Virus record (IMG/VR): IMGVR_UViG_3300036770_003657
Location: 186,001 to 250,000 of that record
Direction: 5' to 3' (one strand)
Length of the DNA stretch: 64,000 nt
The position numbers and the translations under genes are program-made. Under the pieces are notes generated by a model that saw only the letters and a list, made by a program, of their open reading frames with translations, was not told the origin of the DNA and ran no database searches. This document shows, one piece after another, positions 10,242 through 19,942 of this stretch; positions within the stretch are counted from its first letter, which is position 1, and each line of letters opens with the position of its first letter.

Positions 10242-10524
10242 TTTTTAGAGTCGGTCCACTATTCAAAACTACTACAGTGAAGTCTCTACAATCGAATTGG
10301 AGGTTTAATTTTTTGGCAAGATTGATAGCATGTCCAGGATTACTAAATGCTACCTTTTTATATTTAGGTCCTGGATAGCTGATCATACTACTAAAACTTT
10401 TTAAATTGAATGGACGATTTTTATAGAATACAGCCCAAATAGCTTCTGCTTCCAAAATTTGATCTGTTTTGAAATTCTTTTTGCTGGTATTTTCTAATAA
10501 AACTTTTGGTTTTGGTCTACTCAT
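10234..10524 (-). CDS. Hypothetical protein (likely start MSRPKPK at 10524)
   Basis: ORF in operon; GATAAATA late-type box at 10550-10557 upstream. Confidence 0.6.
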   Translation of the reverse strand: MSRPKPKVLLENTSKKNFKTDQILEAEAIWAVFYKNRPFNLKSFSSMISYPGPKYKKVAFSNPGHAINLAKKLNLQFDCRDFTVVVLNSGPTLKNE

Positions 10525-10563
10525 ATATGTATACTCAATTATACACACATATTTATCCAAATT

Positions 10564-10800
10564 TTATTTAAATCCGCCACCGTCCATTCGTAGTTCTATG
10601 ACTTCATTATTATTAGATTGTAGCTTAGTAAGTAATTCGTTATAATCTTGATTTACTTTGGCTAGTACTTCTCCAATATTATATGCTAAGATTCTTGCCG
10701 TCTTAATATCTAACTTAATTTCTTTTTGGTTAGTCATTTCGGCAATTCGTATATTCTCCAAAAATTGCTGTACTGGATACGTATTAATATCATTTGGCAT
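10564..10800 (-). CDS. Hypothetical protein
   Basis: ORF overlapping the upstream gene. Confidence 0.55.
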   Translation of the reverse strand: MPNDINTYPVQQFLENIRIAEMTNQKEIKLDIKTARILAYNIGEVLAKVNQDYNELLTKLQSNNNEVIELRMDGGGFK

Positions 10801-11263
10801 GACTCAACGCCTCTTTAGCTTCCTCTTCTGTTTTAAATGGACCATGATATGGATAACGTTCAATAGTAATAAGTTTAGGACAAAAACTTCGTACCCAATT
10901 CTTCGGAAACTTAATTATATAGTGGCCAGCACAGAAAAGACTTTTGCTTTGATTACTCTTAGTAAACAAAGGGAGACGTTTTCTAATATTATACATGCTC
11001 TTATGTGGCTTCCACTTAGTAGGATATCCGTGACAGTCATAGTTTTCTACTTTACTTACAGTAGTTTCTATATCCTTTAAAAAGAATTCCTTACCAAACT
11101 GTTTAGTAACATCACTTTTACGATTGAAGAATAACTCACCATGTTTGGTACTAAACATATAGTGATTGTTTTCTTTCTTATGTAGTGTGCCTACTCTAAC
11201 ACCATCTTTTTCTACTACCCATAATACACCATCTACTACAGGTTTTGCGTGAATATCCGTCAT
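10790..11263 (-). CDS. Hypothetical protein
   Basis: 157-aa ORF, TAATG-coupled to the exonuclease gene. Confidence 0.6.
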   Translation of the reverse strand: MTDIHAKPVVDGVLWVVEKDGVRVGTLHKKENNHYMFSTKHGELFFNRKSDVTKQFGKEFFLKDIETTVSKVENYDCHGYPTKWKPHKSMYNIRKRLPLFTKSNQSKSLFCAGHYIIKFPKNWVRSFCPKLITIERYPYHGPFKTEEEAKEALSHAK

Positions 11264-12240
11264 TATGCCTCCACAGGTTCTGGATAATTAGCTTGAAAAG
11301 GTTCGCTATATTGTTGAATATTATCGCTGATCTTTTTCAAGTCATATAAGTTACAAAATTTTAACAGCCTAATACCAACTTGTGTAATATTTTTTGGTTT
11401 ACTACCTTCTTTAATTGTGTTTTCAATAGTAGACCTAATGTCCTCAGGTTGATAACTTAGATCAATTAGTCTACGATTACGATTATAGCAGTCCAATACT
11501 CTTTGTTCTACTCCATTATGGTCAACCCATCGTTGTAGCATGAGATTATTCCAAGCAAAGCCCTGACGCTTACGATCATTAAATGCTTCCTCCAATTTAT
11601 TCTTACGTACTTTTGGATAAGCACTGAATACATTATCAGTAGGATCACCACGCATACATTTTTCAAATAAAATCCACTCTGGATCTGGAATAGCCTTTTC
11701 TGTATTAGTCTTTTTATCTACTACTCGTTTACCTTTTTTATCAAATATACCATCAATAGTTACAGTTTGTTCAGTCACTCCGTTGTATTGACGCACATTA
11801 GGAGCAATGAGTTGATAAAAATCACTATCAGTGCTTATGATGACATGATCACTATCAGGATGGCTTTGAATAAAACCAGCAATAAGATCGTCAGCCTCAA
11901 GAGTGGGATGTTGGAGTACCGTGGCATTCGTCTTCTCAATTAAGAACTCCTTAAAAGTATCAAAGGCCTCCCAAAAGATTCGATCTTCTTCTTGCTCACG
12001 TTCAGTAGCAGCCGCACGAGCCTCAGCACGGTTACGCTTGTAGGGCTCGTAATAGTCCTTACGCCAAGATCTACCCTCTAAACAGAATACAAGATGGGCA
12101 CCATCAAAGTCTTGCCAAGCCTTTTTCACACTGTTAAGAGTAATATGGAATGCCATACCCAACTTAATATCAGCACTGCCATTGATTACATGGCGGCTAC
12201 GGAAGAAAGTATTAGCAGTATCAATCAAAATGTAGGTCAT
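11263..12240 (-). CDS. 5'-3' exonuclease / T4 RNase H-like (FEN/PIN family)
   Basis: LIDTAN, WRKDYYEPYKRNR, EADDLI, ISTDSDFYQL and GDPTDNV. Confidence 0.9.
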   Translation of the reverse strand: MTYILIDTANTFFRSRHVINGSADIKLGMAFHITLNSVKKAWQDFDGAHLVFCLEGRSWRKDYYEPYKRNRAEARAAATEREQEEDRIFWEAFDTFKEFLIEKTNATVLQHPTLEADDLIAGFIQSHPDSDHVIISTDSDFYQLIAPNVRQYNGVTEQTVTIDGIFDKKGKRVVDKKTNTEKAIPDPEWILFEKCMRGDPTDNVFSAYPKVRKNKLEEAFNDRKRQGFAWNNLMLQRWVDHNGVEQRVLDCYNRNRRLIDLSYQPEDIRSTIENTIKEGSKPKNITQVGIRLLKFCNLYDLKKISDNIQQYSEPFQANYPEPVEA

Positions 12241-12686
12241 TTTACCTCAGACTTAGTGTCGTTTAGTTTAGTTACGTTAATAAACCCTGCACCGCGGGAA
12301 ATATCTTGACCTTCTTCAGCCAAAATGTTGCGTACAATATCTCTAAACCAGCGATCCACGATTTCTTCCTCTTTATCACCTTCAAAACCATATCCAGCTT
12401 CACGTAATTGTACTATAAAATACTCGTTCCAGTCAAGCTCAAAGAAGCCATTTCTGATATTATCTTTATTTACATGCGTGTCTAATACACTGACCCAAGG
12501 TTCTTTACGACGTGTAGCACGATCTTTGGCTGTAAGTTTGGCTTCTTCTTGTTCTTCTAATGCTTTTTGAGCAGCGGCTTCTGCTTCTGCTTTAACCCTT
12601 TCTGCCTCTGCTACTCGTTCTCTGGTTTCAGCAATAGCCTTTTCCATTTCATCAATACCAAATAGCTTACGTAGTATTTTTTTCAT
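12237..12686 (-). CDS. Hypothetical protein
   Basis: Coiled-coil N-terminus and FELDWN motif; ATGA-coupled. Confidence 0.6.
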   Translation of the reverse strand: MKKILRKLFGIDEMEKAIAETRERVAEAERVKAEAEAAAQKALEEQEEAKLTAKDRATRRKEPWVSVLDTHVNKDNIRNGFFELDWNEYFIVQLREAGYGFEGDKEEEIVDRWFRDIVRNILAEEGQDISRGAGFINVTKLNDTKSEVK

Positions 12687-12688
12687 GT

Positions 12689-13360
12689 TTAGCCTAATGG
12701 GTTAGGATATGGATTTGGTCTAAGCCATTTTGCCTGACCCTTAGTAAAAGTGACCATACTGTTATGGAAGCTTACACTGCCAATGTCTCCAAAGTTTTTC
12801 ATAATGAAATCAGTTTCTGGAGTAATCATACCTTGCCAATGGTTTAGATTAACAATATCCACTAGCTTTTTACTAAACTCCATAAAGGTATGACCATGTA
12901 ATAGGCCATTGCCCCAATCCATATAGTAACTAGTATGAGTATCTTCTACCATATATACACCGCCTACACGAATTTTGGGCCATACAGTGAGCATGGTATC
13001 AATTTGATGTTTCATTTGATGACTACCATCATCTAAGAAAACGTCCACAGTGCCTAACTTGGGTAATACTTCAGTCCAAAAGTTGGGGTCACCTTGGTCA
13101 CCAATAAACAGTTCTACATTTTCAGCACGACGTTCCAATACTTTGGGATCAATGTCCATACCAATAATACGGGCCTTGTTACCAAAGTACTTACGCCACA
13201 TTTCTAAACTACCACCACCCTGTACACCTACTTCTACAAAGGTTAAGTCAGTATTTCTATAACCACTAAAGAAGTGTTCATACACTGGAAAGTATGGAAG
13301 GTACTTGTCACAGTGTAAGGTTAAATCATTAATAAAAATTTCCAGTAAACTCTTTTGCAT
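12689..13360 (-). CDS. Class I SAM-dependent methyltransferase (sugar O-methyltransferase-like)
   Basis: VEVGVQGGGS, GMDID, GDQ, LDDGSH and GGVYMVED; start M at 13360 is coupled to the queE stop. Confidence 0.82.
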   Translation of the reverse strand: MQKSLLEIFINDLTLHCDKYLPYFPVYEHFFSGYRNTDLTFVEVGVQGGGSLEMWRKYFGNKARIIGMDIDPKVLERRAENVELFIGDQGDPNFWTEVLPKLGTVDVFLDDGSHQMKHQIDTMLTVWPKIRVGGVYMVEDTHTSYYMDWGNGLLHGHTFMEFSKKLVDIVNLNHWQGMITPETDFIMKNFGDIGSVSFHNSMVTFTKGQAKWLRPNPYPNPLG

Positions 13361-14205
13361 TAGGTTCCCCATTCATTCTTGAATAATGGCACTTGTAGCC
13401 TATCACTATAGCGTACACCACATTGCATGGCCAGTTCAGCTACACGACGATTGTTCATACTATATACACTTTCCACACCACCTACTGGCATCAAATAGAC
13501 ATCACCATTAAATCCAGCTTTTCTATATTGTAGGCTAGCAACAAGAGCATCTTTAGCATCGTCCTCAGTGGCCACTACAAACTTCAAATATACATGACCG
13601 ACTTGTGCGTATTCACATACTACTTCAGGTAGGATAGCTTCTTCCCACTTTTCACCACTGCTAGGAAGTTTAGCACTTACACTAAAAGTAATTTCTCTGT
13701 CATCCCAGTCAGCCCATTCACCTAAATACTTTTTAAAATCAGCTGTAAGTTTTTGAGTACCATTAGTTTCAAAAGTTAATTGCTTCAAAGGCTGCATGAA
13801 CGCATGTTCTAATAGGTCAGGGTAACTGCGTTGCCAACCTAATAAAGGTTCACCACCAGTAATAACAAGATGTTCTCTAGTCCAGCGTTTAAATGGCAGT
13901 AAATCCATAATACTCTGTGCTATGCTGGCAGTGTCCAATACAGGACTAAAGTCCTTAAACCTTGGATCCCAACTAGCATAACTGTCACAGCCAGTATGTA
14001 CTAAGGGAAGATCCTTATAAGTTTTAAACTCTAGGATATGATCTGCGGCTTGGTCACGTTCTGTGCTGCGTAGACCACGTGCCATTCCAAATCCATCACA
14101 GGTAAAGTTACAGCCAAATGTGCGTAAGAACACACTGGGTACTCCCATAAACCTACCTTCACCCTGTAGGCTATAAAATAATTCACTTATCTTTAGTTTT
14201 GACAT
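13360..14205 (-). CDS. queE: 7-carboxy-7-deazaguanine synthase (radical SAM)
   Basis: ISELFYSLQGEG, FLRTFGCNFTC...CDS, ITGGEPL, FETNGT and LMP. Confidence 0.9.
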   Translation of the reverse strand: MSKLKISELFYSLQGEGRFMGVPSVFLRTFGCNFTCDGFGMARGLRSTERDQAADHILEFKTYKDLPLVHTGCDSYASWDPRFKDFSPVLDTASIAQSIMDLLPFKRWTREHLVITGGEPLLGWQRSYPDLLEHAFMQPLKQLTFETNGTQKLTADFKKYLGEWADWDDREITFSVSAKLPSSGEKWEEAILPEVVCEYAQVGHVYLKFVVATEDDAKDALVASLQYRKAGFNGDVYLMPVGGVESVYSMNNRRVAELAMQCGVRYSDRLQVPLFKNEWGT

Positions 14206-14533
14206 TTTGTTCTCTAAAAGTTTCTACATCTTTAATAGCAGATTGTAACACACTAGCATAGTTTAATGCTGCCTGTTTGGAAAGAATAATAGTGCTTTCT
14301 CTACTAATATATCCAGTGAACAGTAGTTTAAAAATATGACTCCATCTATCCTTACTCCAAAAGTTTGTTTTAGTATTAGTATAGATATAGACAGTAACGT
14401 CACTGTCATCTGCTTCAATGTCAATGGTATGGGTATGATCCAAGTCGCCACAGTGGCAAACAGCCTGATACATTTTGCTACTACCCCAGTCATTTACTCG
14501 TAATATACCCTGTGCTGGAGTTTCTGGTGTCAT
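14183..14533 (-). CDS. Hypothetical protein (CHC...H possible metal site)
   Basis: ORF in operon. Confidence 0.55.
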   Translation of the reverse strand: MTPETPAQGILRVNDWGSSKMYQAVCHCGDLDHTHTIDIEADDSDVTVYIYTNTKTNFWSKDRWSHIFKLLFTGYISRESTIILSKQAALNYASVLQSAIKDVETFREQNVKTKDK

Positions 14534-14814
14534 GTCTTCAAACTTTCCAATGTAGCGATTTTAGCAATACGTTCCCCAAAGTCTTGATCGTTGGTAATAA
14601 TATAGGTAGTAGTATGACTACGATCTATTTTACGATCGTAGTACCTAAACTCCACTACTCGACCACCAACAGCAGGGAATACTTTAAAATTAAGTATTGG
14701 ATCAGAACCAACACTTTCACTGTCAGCACTTAAAATCATACCTTCGCGAGCAAGTTTAGGCTCATTATTATAATCATTGACCCATTTGGCTAATTTGCGT
14801 TTAAGCCATCTCAT
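14530..14814 (-). CDS. Hypothetical protein
   Basis: ATGA-coupled ORF. Confidence 0.55.
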   Translation of the reverse strand: MRWLKRKLAKWVNDYNNEPKLAREGMILSADSESVGSDPILNFKVFPAVGGRVVEFRYYDRKIDRSHTTTYIITNDQDFGERIAKIATLESLKT

Positions 14815-14960
14815 TTTTGTGCCTGTGGTGTTTGTTTAGCGTTATGTTCAGCAAGTTTGGCTTGATATTGTGCTTCTGTAAGATTGTGCCAACCAATACA
14901 ATTTCCAGTGGGGCTACGTCCGCAGCCACAAGTACCTTTGGGTTTTTCATTTTGTGTCAT
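14811..14960 (-). CDS. Small CDGSH-type iron-sulfur-like protein
   Basis: CGCGRSPTGNCIGWH matches the 3Cys-1His CDGSH pattern. Confidence 0.65.
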   Translation of the reverse strand: MTQNEKPKGTCGCGRSPTGNCIGWHNLTEAQYQAKLAEHNAKQTPQAQK

Positions 14961-15174
14961 AGTAAAATTCCTTTTCTTTAAAATATGTTTCAAGTACCTC
15001 TAATTTATCCTTGTATTCTGCCATACAATGAATCTCTAGTTCCAAAGCCGCCATAATATCTGTATGTTCATGAATAGCTATTGGATTTGCCAACATTACT
15101 TCAACATTCATACGATGTTTATTAATGTTGCTATGAAAGTGTTGACTTAATGCGTTTAATAGTTCTGTTCTCAT
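14947..15174 (-). CDS. Hypothetical protein
   Basis: ATGA-coupled to folE. Confidence 0.55.
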   Translation of the reverse strand: MRTELLNALSQHFHSNINKHRMNVEVMLANPIAIHEHTDIMAALELEIHCMAEYKDKLEVLETYFKEKEFYYDTK

Positions 15175-15944
15175 CTTGGTGCAAAGTCCTGTTGTAGTTT
15201 AATATTATCAAAAAACTCTTTTTTAGTGCCATGGTCTACTTCAAAAGCACCTTTTAATACTGTAGTTTGTGTAAGACTACTATGTGCCATAATGCCTCTA
15301 TTCTCACAGCATCCATGAGTGGCCTGTATATAAACACCTACATTAGGACTACCTGTAGCCTTTTCAATTTCACGAGCAATTACATTACATAGTTCTTCCT
15401 GTAGAGTTCCTCTACGGGCACACCATTGTGCTATACGAGTATACTTACTTAGGCCTATTACACGACCATTAGGAATAATTCCTATATATGCTACGCCGTT
15501 TACAGGTTGATGATGATGACTACACATACTGCGTAATTCACTACGAACTACCAGCATACCCTTATAAGCATTTTCCCCCTCATTGGGAAAACTTGTAGCA
15601 TCTGGCCTTTCTTCATAACGACCACTCATAATCTCATAAACATACATCTTAGCCAGTCTACGTGCTGTACCTTGGCTGTTTGGATCATTGACTCGATCAA
15701 TTACTAAACTATCTAATACACCTTCGAACTTAGTGGTAAGTTCGTCAATGAGTAGTTCACGTTCATCTTCATTGATGTATTCACTAATATTATCACCAGC
15801 AAAGTACCTACCACCGCCTAGTTTAATACGATCTCTAATAACACGGCTTAAAGGCTTGCCAACAGGATCGTTAAAAATAGCACCCTCATATCCAGGATGA
15901 TATGGTGCTTCTTCTACAAGTTTATTATTCAATTCAATTTCCAT
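15171..15944 (-). CDS. folE: GTP cyclohydrolase I
   Basis: TARRLAKMY, SMCSHH, IGLSKYTR, LQEEL and HGCCENRG. Confidence 0.94.
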   Translation of the reverse strand: MEIELNNKLVEEAPYHPGYEGAIFNDPVGKPLSRVIRDRIKLGGGRYFAGDNISEYINEDERELLIDELTTKFEGVLDSLVIDRVNDPNSQGTARRLAKMYVYEIMSGRYEERPDATSFPNEGENAYKGMLVVRSELRSMCSHHHQPVNGVAYIGIIPNGRVIGLSKYTRIAQWCARRGTLQEELCNVIAREIEKATGSPNVGVYIQATHGCCENRGIMAHSSLTQTTVLKGAFEVDHGTKKEFFDNIKLQQDFAPR

Positions 15945-16444
15945 TATATAATTTTCTCCGCTACTACAGTAAAGCTATGATTTAAGTCTTTATCTCCATG
16001 TAGTATATTAACATATTTTTTATGTTGTAAATAGTCGTTAATTTGCTCAAAAGTTAGAGCATGGATATGTTTGGGATTATTCCAAGGACGCCAATATTGC
16101 TGGTCATAGTGTGGAAGATATAAAAATAGCACTCCATTCTTTTTTAATCGAGTGGTCCAATGATCTAGAGCAGTTACCCAGTTAGGTAAGTGTTCCAAAC
16201 AATGGCTACTAAAAATATAATCTACCTGACGGTCTGGTAAGTTATAGGCATCGTAACCATCATTATAATTTAAGTCTATGCCTTGAGCACCTGGAAAACA
16301 CCACTCTGGTCTATTACAACCAATATCAAATCCATCACCCTTACAAAAGCGTTGAGCAAAAGTCCAACAGAATTGACTACTAAATCCTTCAGCTTGAAAC
16401 TTAGGATAACGCCATGGGCCAAAATTAATAAATTCTATGCTCAC
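15944..16444 (-). CDS. Methyltransferase type 11-like protein
   Basis: DIGC, DYIFSSHCLEH and LKKNGVLFLYLP. Confidence 0.75.
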   Translation of the reverse strand: MSIEFINFGPWRYPKFQAEGFSSQFCWTFAQRFCKGDGFDIGCNRPEWCFPGAQGIDLNYNDGYDAYNLPDRQVDYIFSSHCLEHLPNWVTALDHWTTRLKKNGVLFLYLPHYDQQYWRPWNNPKHIHALTFEQINDYLQHKKYVNILHGDKDLNHSFTVVAEKII

Positions 16445-16845
16445 CAGTTTACACTCTCCACTATAGGTTGTTCTATTACTTTTTTATAGTTACCCTTTTC
16501 TGGGATAACGTGTCTTACACCGCCTCTGGGATCAGCCATATCACCTTTACGACGTGGTATCATATGTACGTGAGGATACATTACTGTTTGACCAGCAACC
16601 TCCCCAATGTTTTGACCAATGTTAAATCCGTCCCACTTTTCATTTTGGACTCCTTCATAGCCAAACTTGTATGCTCCTCTGTAGCATTCAAATAAAGCGT
16701 CCGGTGTTTGGCTGGTAGGCACAAATAGCAAATGCCCTTGGGTAACTGGGTACGCATCTCTGAAAACCCAGAAGTTACGGGTTCTGTATTCAATCTCTGT
16801 CCACGGTGCTGTTTTTTCATTAAGTGCCTTTTCTAAATCAGTCAT
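16441..16845 (-). CDS. HIT family nucleotide hydrolase
   Basis: DAYPVTQGHLLFVP and GFNIGQNIGEVAGQTVMYPHVHMIPRRKGD. Confidence 0.9.
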   Translation of the reverse strand: MTDLEKALNEKTAPWTEIEYRTRNFWVFRDAYPVTQGHLLFVPTSQTPDALFECYRGAYKFGYEGVQNEKWDGFNIGQNIGEVAGQTVMYPHVHMIPRRKGDMADPRGGVRHVIPEKGNYKKVIEQPIVESVNW

Positions 16846-17033
16846 GATAAATCCTTAAACATTTTTTTACGATTTGCTATACCTAAATGGTTGTCATATA
16901 TTTCCTTGGCACTTATCATCATGCAACTAGCCATCATAAGTAAGTCTTCTGTATTATCGCACATCATGACGGCTTTGTCAATAGGTTCGAACAGTTCTCT
17001 CATTCGTTTTAAATCTTGTTCTCTATCACGCAT
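16842..17033 (-). CDS. Hypothetical protein
   Basis: Likely start MRDREQ, overlapping the upstream stop. Confidence 0.5.
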   Translation of the reverse strand: MRDREQDLKRMRELFEPIDKAVMMCDNTEDLLMMASCMMISAKEIYDNHLGIANRKKMFKDLS

Positions 17034-17376
17034 CTTTAAGTTTCTTCCAAGTTCTATATTTTTCCAATTCCCGTATATAAGCATCATAGGCTTTTTTCAG
17101 TTTGGGAAATTCTTTTTCCAACTCTGGGTCACGCTCAGGTATCATTAATACTCTTTCAATAGTTTCCAATCTTTCTTCCAAGTCTCTACCGTTATGAACA
17201 ATTTTACCTTTAACTTCTAAACTAGCTGGGCTGTTATTAATTTTAATATGTTCGCCTAAACTATATCCACTGGCATTAGTAGTAGTATAAGTATAGCCAC
17301 TGGTGCTAGCACCGTTATTGGCAGCGATGTATACTTGATTAGGGTTGGAGTTTACGGGAAGCGAGGTATTGCTCAT
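17026..17376 (-). CDS. Hypothetical protein
   Basis: Low-complexity N-terminus and helical C-terminus. Confidence 0.55.
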   Translation of the reverse strand: MSNTSLPVNSNPNQVYIAANNGASTSGYTYTTTNASGYSLGEHIKINNSPASLEVKGKIVHNGRDLEERLETIERVLMIPERDPELEKEFPKLKKAYDAYIRELEKYRTWKKLKDA

Positions 17377-17824
17377 TAGGTATCCATTTATTCTTTACCA
17401 GGAATCCCCATTCTTTACGCTGTGGGCCTGGCATAAACAGCGTCCAACAAGTAATGTCTGGATCAAGTTCTATACGGTGATAACTACTGGCCTTACTAAA
17501 ACGAAAATGCCCTGCACCACGCCAATGTGCTATTTCGTTTACCTTACGACCTTGCTCATCAAACTGTGGGATCCATTCCCAATAGCCGCCTCTAAGTATA
17601 AAAGTAGCATAGGGCCAAGGATGATCGTGTACATCATCTGGATCACTCTTGAGGAATTTGTGTAGGAATATGTTAAATGGAAACCATTTACGATCTTTTA
17701 GGAAAACATAATAGCGTTCCAAATAAGGTTCCTCACTAACACGATCCAGTATGATACGCTTGCGTCCCATACGATCAAGTAAGTTTAAGAATTTATCTTT
17801 TAGGCGTTGGGTTATCATAGTCAT
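17339..17824 (-). CDS. Cupin-fold (dioxygenase-like) protein
   Basis: HKF..SD.DD.HDHPW, GGYWEW, YHRIEL and WTLF cupin-type motifs. Confidence 0.65.
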   Translation of the reverse strand: MTMITQRLKDKFLNLLDRMGRKRIILDRVSEEPYLERYYVFLKDRKWFPFNIFLHKFLKSDPDDVHDHPWPYATFILRGGYWEWIPQFDEQGRKVNEIAHWRGAGHFRFSKASSYHRIELDPDITCWTLFMPGPQRKEWGFLVKNKWIPNEQYLASRKLQP

Positions 17825-18299
17825 CCTTGACCAAGGTATAAACGGTTGATAAATTTTCTAATGCTTTCTTAATAGCAGGATACTTTTTGGCCATATCCTG
17901 CATCTTATACCAAGCAGGCCAAGTGTCAACAAATTCCTCTTGTTGTGGCCAATGTATCTTAGTATAATCTGTACCTGTACCTAAAGCACCAATCTGGGCT
18001 GTATTTAAAGTAGCCCACTGACTAGTATCTAAAGGCTGTATTGTTATTAGATCATTAAATTGAGCACCTTCAATTGGTGCATTATATGTATAAGTTGGTG
18101 TAGGCCCATTTAAATCAATACCACTCAAAGTAATACTACTCAAATCAATTGCTTGTATTTGATCTGTGGTCAATGCAGGTATTTGCGTATTCATATTAAT
18201 CCAACTATTATCGCTACCAGCACTAATAGTTAGAGTTTCTGTAGCCGTAAAATCACTTAAGGTTATTGTATAAGGGCTGTGCTGAGAAGAATCGTTCAC
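17793..18299 (-). CDS. Hypothetical protein
   Basis: T/S/I-rich ORF in operon. Confidence 0.55.
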   Translation of the reverse strand: MNDSSQHSPYTITLSDFTATETLTISAGSDNSWINMNTQIPALTTDQIQAIDLSSITLSGIDLNGPTPTYTYNAPIEGAQFNDLITIQPLDTSQWATLNTAQIGALGTGTDYTKIHWPQQEEFVDTWPAWYKMQDMAKKYPAIKKALENLSTVYTLVKDDYDNPTPKR

Positions 18300-19311
18300 T
18301 TAGTTGTTCCTTTTGTTGTTGTAATAGTTTCAACCTAGTACTGTAATTATCCATATGTTGTATAATAGTATAACATAATTTTTGACGATGTGTCAAATAA
18401 TACTCATAATTTTCAGTACATACTGATGGATATTTAAATGTATCAAAATACATTTCAGTATAACTTAGGCGATCTGGAACCAATGGGATAGCATCTAACA
18501 CCACACCCTCATAACAACTTATACCCAATGTTTCCTGTAGGTTAGCACTGAATACCATCTTAGCCTCACCTAATAATGTATGGTATTCGTGTTTAGTAAG
18601 ATTCAATTCTTGGCATACTACAAATTCGTATTGAGGCAAGTGTGTAGCAAGGTCTTTGAATATCTCTACCTGCTTCTCTGGTGTTATACGATGTGGGAAA
18701 AGAATTAGGTCACGCTTGGTTAATCCTTTATATGGAAGAAGCATAGTTTCCATATATTCCATTGGCCACCCAGATCGAATAACTTTGTTTTCATCGTAAT
18801 CAACTACATTATGTAATAAATTATGATCAAACATATTGATATGAAACTGTGTGGCAAAATAATTATGATCTATAGCATGAAAGAATGCTTTTTCGCTATG
18901 TCTCACCCACGGGGCATTACCAATAAGCCTGCCTAAAAAGTCTTGGGGATCATATGATCCAGCATGCCATAATGCGTGAATTCTTACAGGAATCTGTAAT
19001 AGTTCACTCATATATTTTAAGTTTATGATACCTGGGTGCCAAGCATCAGTAAAAATAAAATGGTCGCCAGGTGTGATGCGTCCCTCGCAAAACAATCTGC
19101 TAATTGTAGCGACTTGGTGAGACTTGTAGATATTAGTGCCGCCAAAATTAAGAAAGGCACCAGGAGTAGTGGCTTTAGGAATATCCTCTGGACCAACAAT
19201 AACTTCAACTTCATGTCCTAAACTCCGTAATTTTCTTGGTAGAGCACTTTTCCACTCGATGGTATATCGAGTGGAAACGCTTTCCAGATCAACCAGAAAT
19301 ATTTTGCTCAT
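18253..19311 (-). CDS. Glycosyltransferase (GT-B, GT4-like)
   Basis: FPHRITPEKQ and ETLGISCYE (ExxGxxxxE) motifs plus LVPDRLSY.E; likely start MSKIF at 19311. Confidence 0.8.
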   Translation of the reverse strand: MSKIFLVDLESVSTRYTIEWKSALPRKLRSLGHEVEVIVGPEDIPKATTPGAFLNFGGTNIYKSHQVATISRLFCEGRITPGDHFIFTDAWHPGIINLKYMSELLQIPVRIHALWHAGSYDPQDFLGRLIGNAPWVRHSEKAFFHAIDHNYFATQFHINMFDHNLLHNVVDYDENKVIRSGWPMEYMETMLLPYKGLTKRDLILFPHRITPEKQVEIFKDLATHLPQYEFVVCQELNLTKHEYHTLLGEAKMVFSANLQETLGISCYEGVVLDAIPLVPDRLSYTEMYFDTFKYPSVCTENYEYYLTHRQKLCYTIIQHMDNYSTRLKLLQQQKEQLSERFFSAQPLYNNLK

Positions 19312-19531
19312 TACGCTTTTTTCCAGTACGAGTCTGGTTATTGTATGGTCGCTTGGGCCGTTTACTGGCCAAGTACGCACTATACACTGGGCTGTTCTTA
19401 CGATAAAGTTCAGCCTCATTAAAGGGTGCTAGTTCCCAACGACACCAGTCATGATATGCTTCGAGGTCTTCGAAAATTTTAGTAACCTCTGGCTTCATAA
19501 CCAGATACTTGTTAAGCCAACTTGCTGCCAT
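19289..19531 (-). CDS. Hypothetical protein
   Basis: AAGGAAG RBS; ORF in operon. Confidence 0.6.
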   Translation of the reverse strand: MAASWLNKYLVMKPEVTKIFEDLEAYHDWCRWELAPFNEAELYRKNSPVYSAYLASKRPKRPYNNQTRTGKKRNEQNISG

Positions 19532-19564
19532 TTTTACTTCCTTTGTTTATGTTGATTAAAAAAA

Positions 19565-19942
19565 TTAAGGTTTATATTCAATAATGCCGTCTGATTCACC
19601 ATCTTCTGAAACAGTTATTTCATAGTATCTCTCTCCGTACTTGGGTAATAAATGATTTTCTAAAATATCAGTGGCAATCATTTCACAACTTTTATGATTC
19701 ATATTGCCACCTTGGATGAACTCAGCCAGTGCCCATTTTACTAAAAAGAATTCTAACTCTCTATCTAAATGGTTAACACTGATCTTTACTTCTACTTTGA
19801 ACATATGTCTATGTTCATTTTCTAAAAACTTAATTCTGGGATCAATACTGCCAGCATTAGGATAATAGTGAAAACCTTCAAACTCGGTTCTCACTCTAAT
19901 ATATGTCATCTTGCTAGGCCTAACATCTTGTTTAATAATCAT
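19565..19942 (-). CDS. dpdL: QueD-paralogous T-fold protein, probable CDG decarboxylase (DpdL-like)
   Basis: FEGFH, LENEHRHMF (LxxxHRHxF instead of QueD CxxxHGH), SCEMIA and VSEDGE; sits in a dpdA/folE/queE cluster. The motif assignment is recalled from the literature and needs checking. Confidence 0.65.
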   Translation of the reverse strand: MIIKQDVRPSKMTYIRVRTEFEGFHYYPNAGSIDPRIKFLENEHRHMFKVEVKISVNHLDRELEFFLVKWALAEFIQGGNMNHKSCEMIATDILENHLLPKYGERYYEITVSEDGESDGIIEYKP

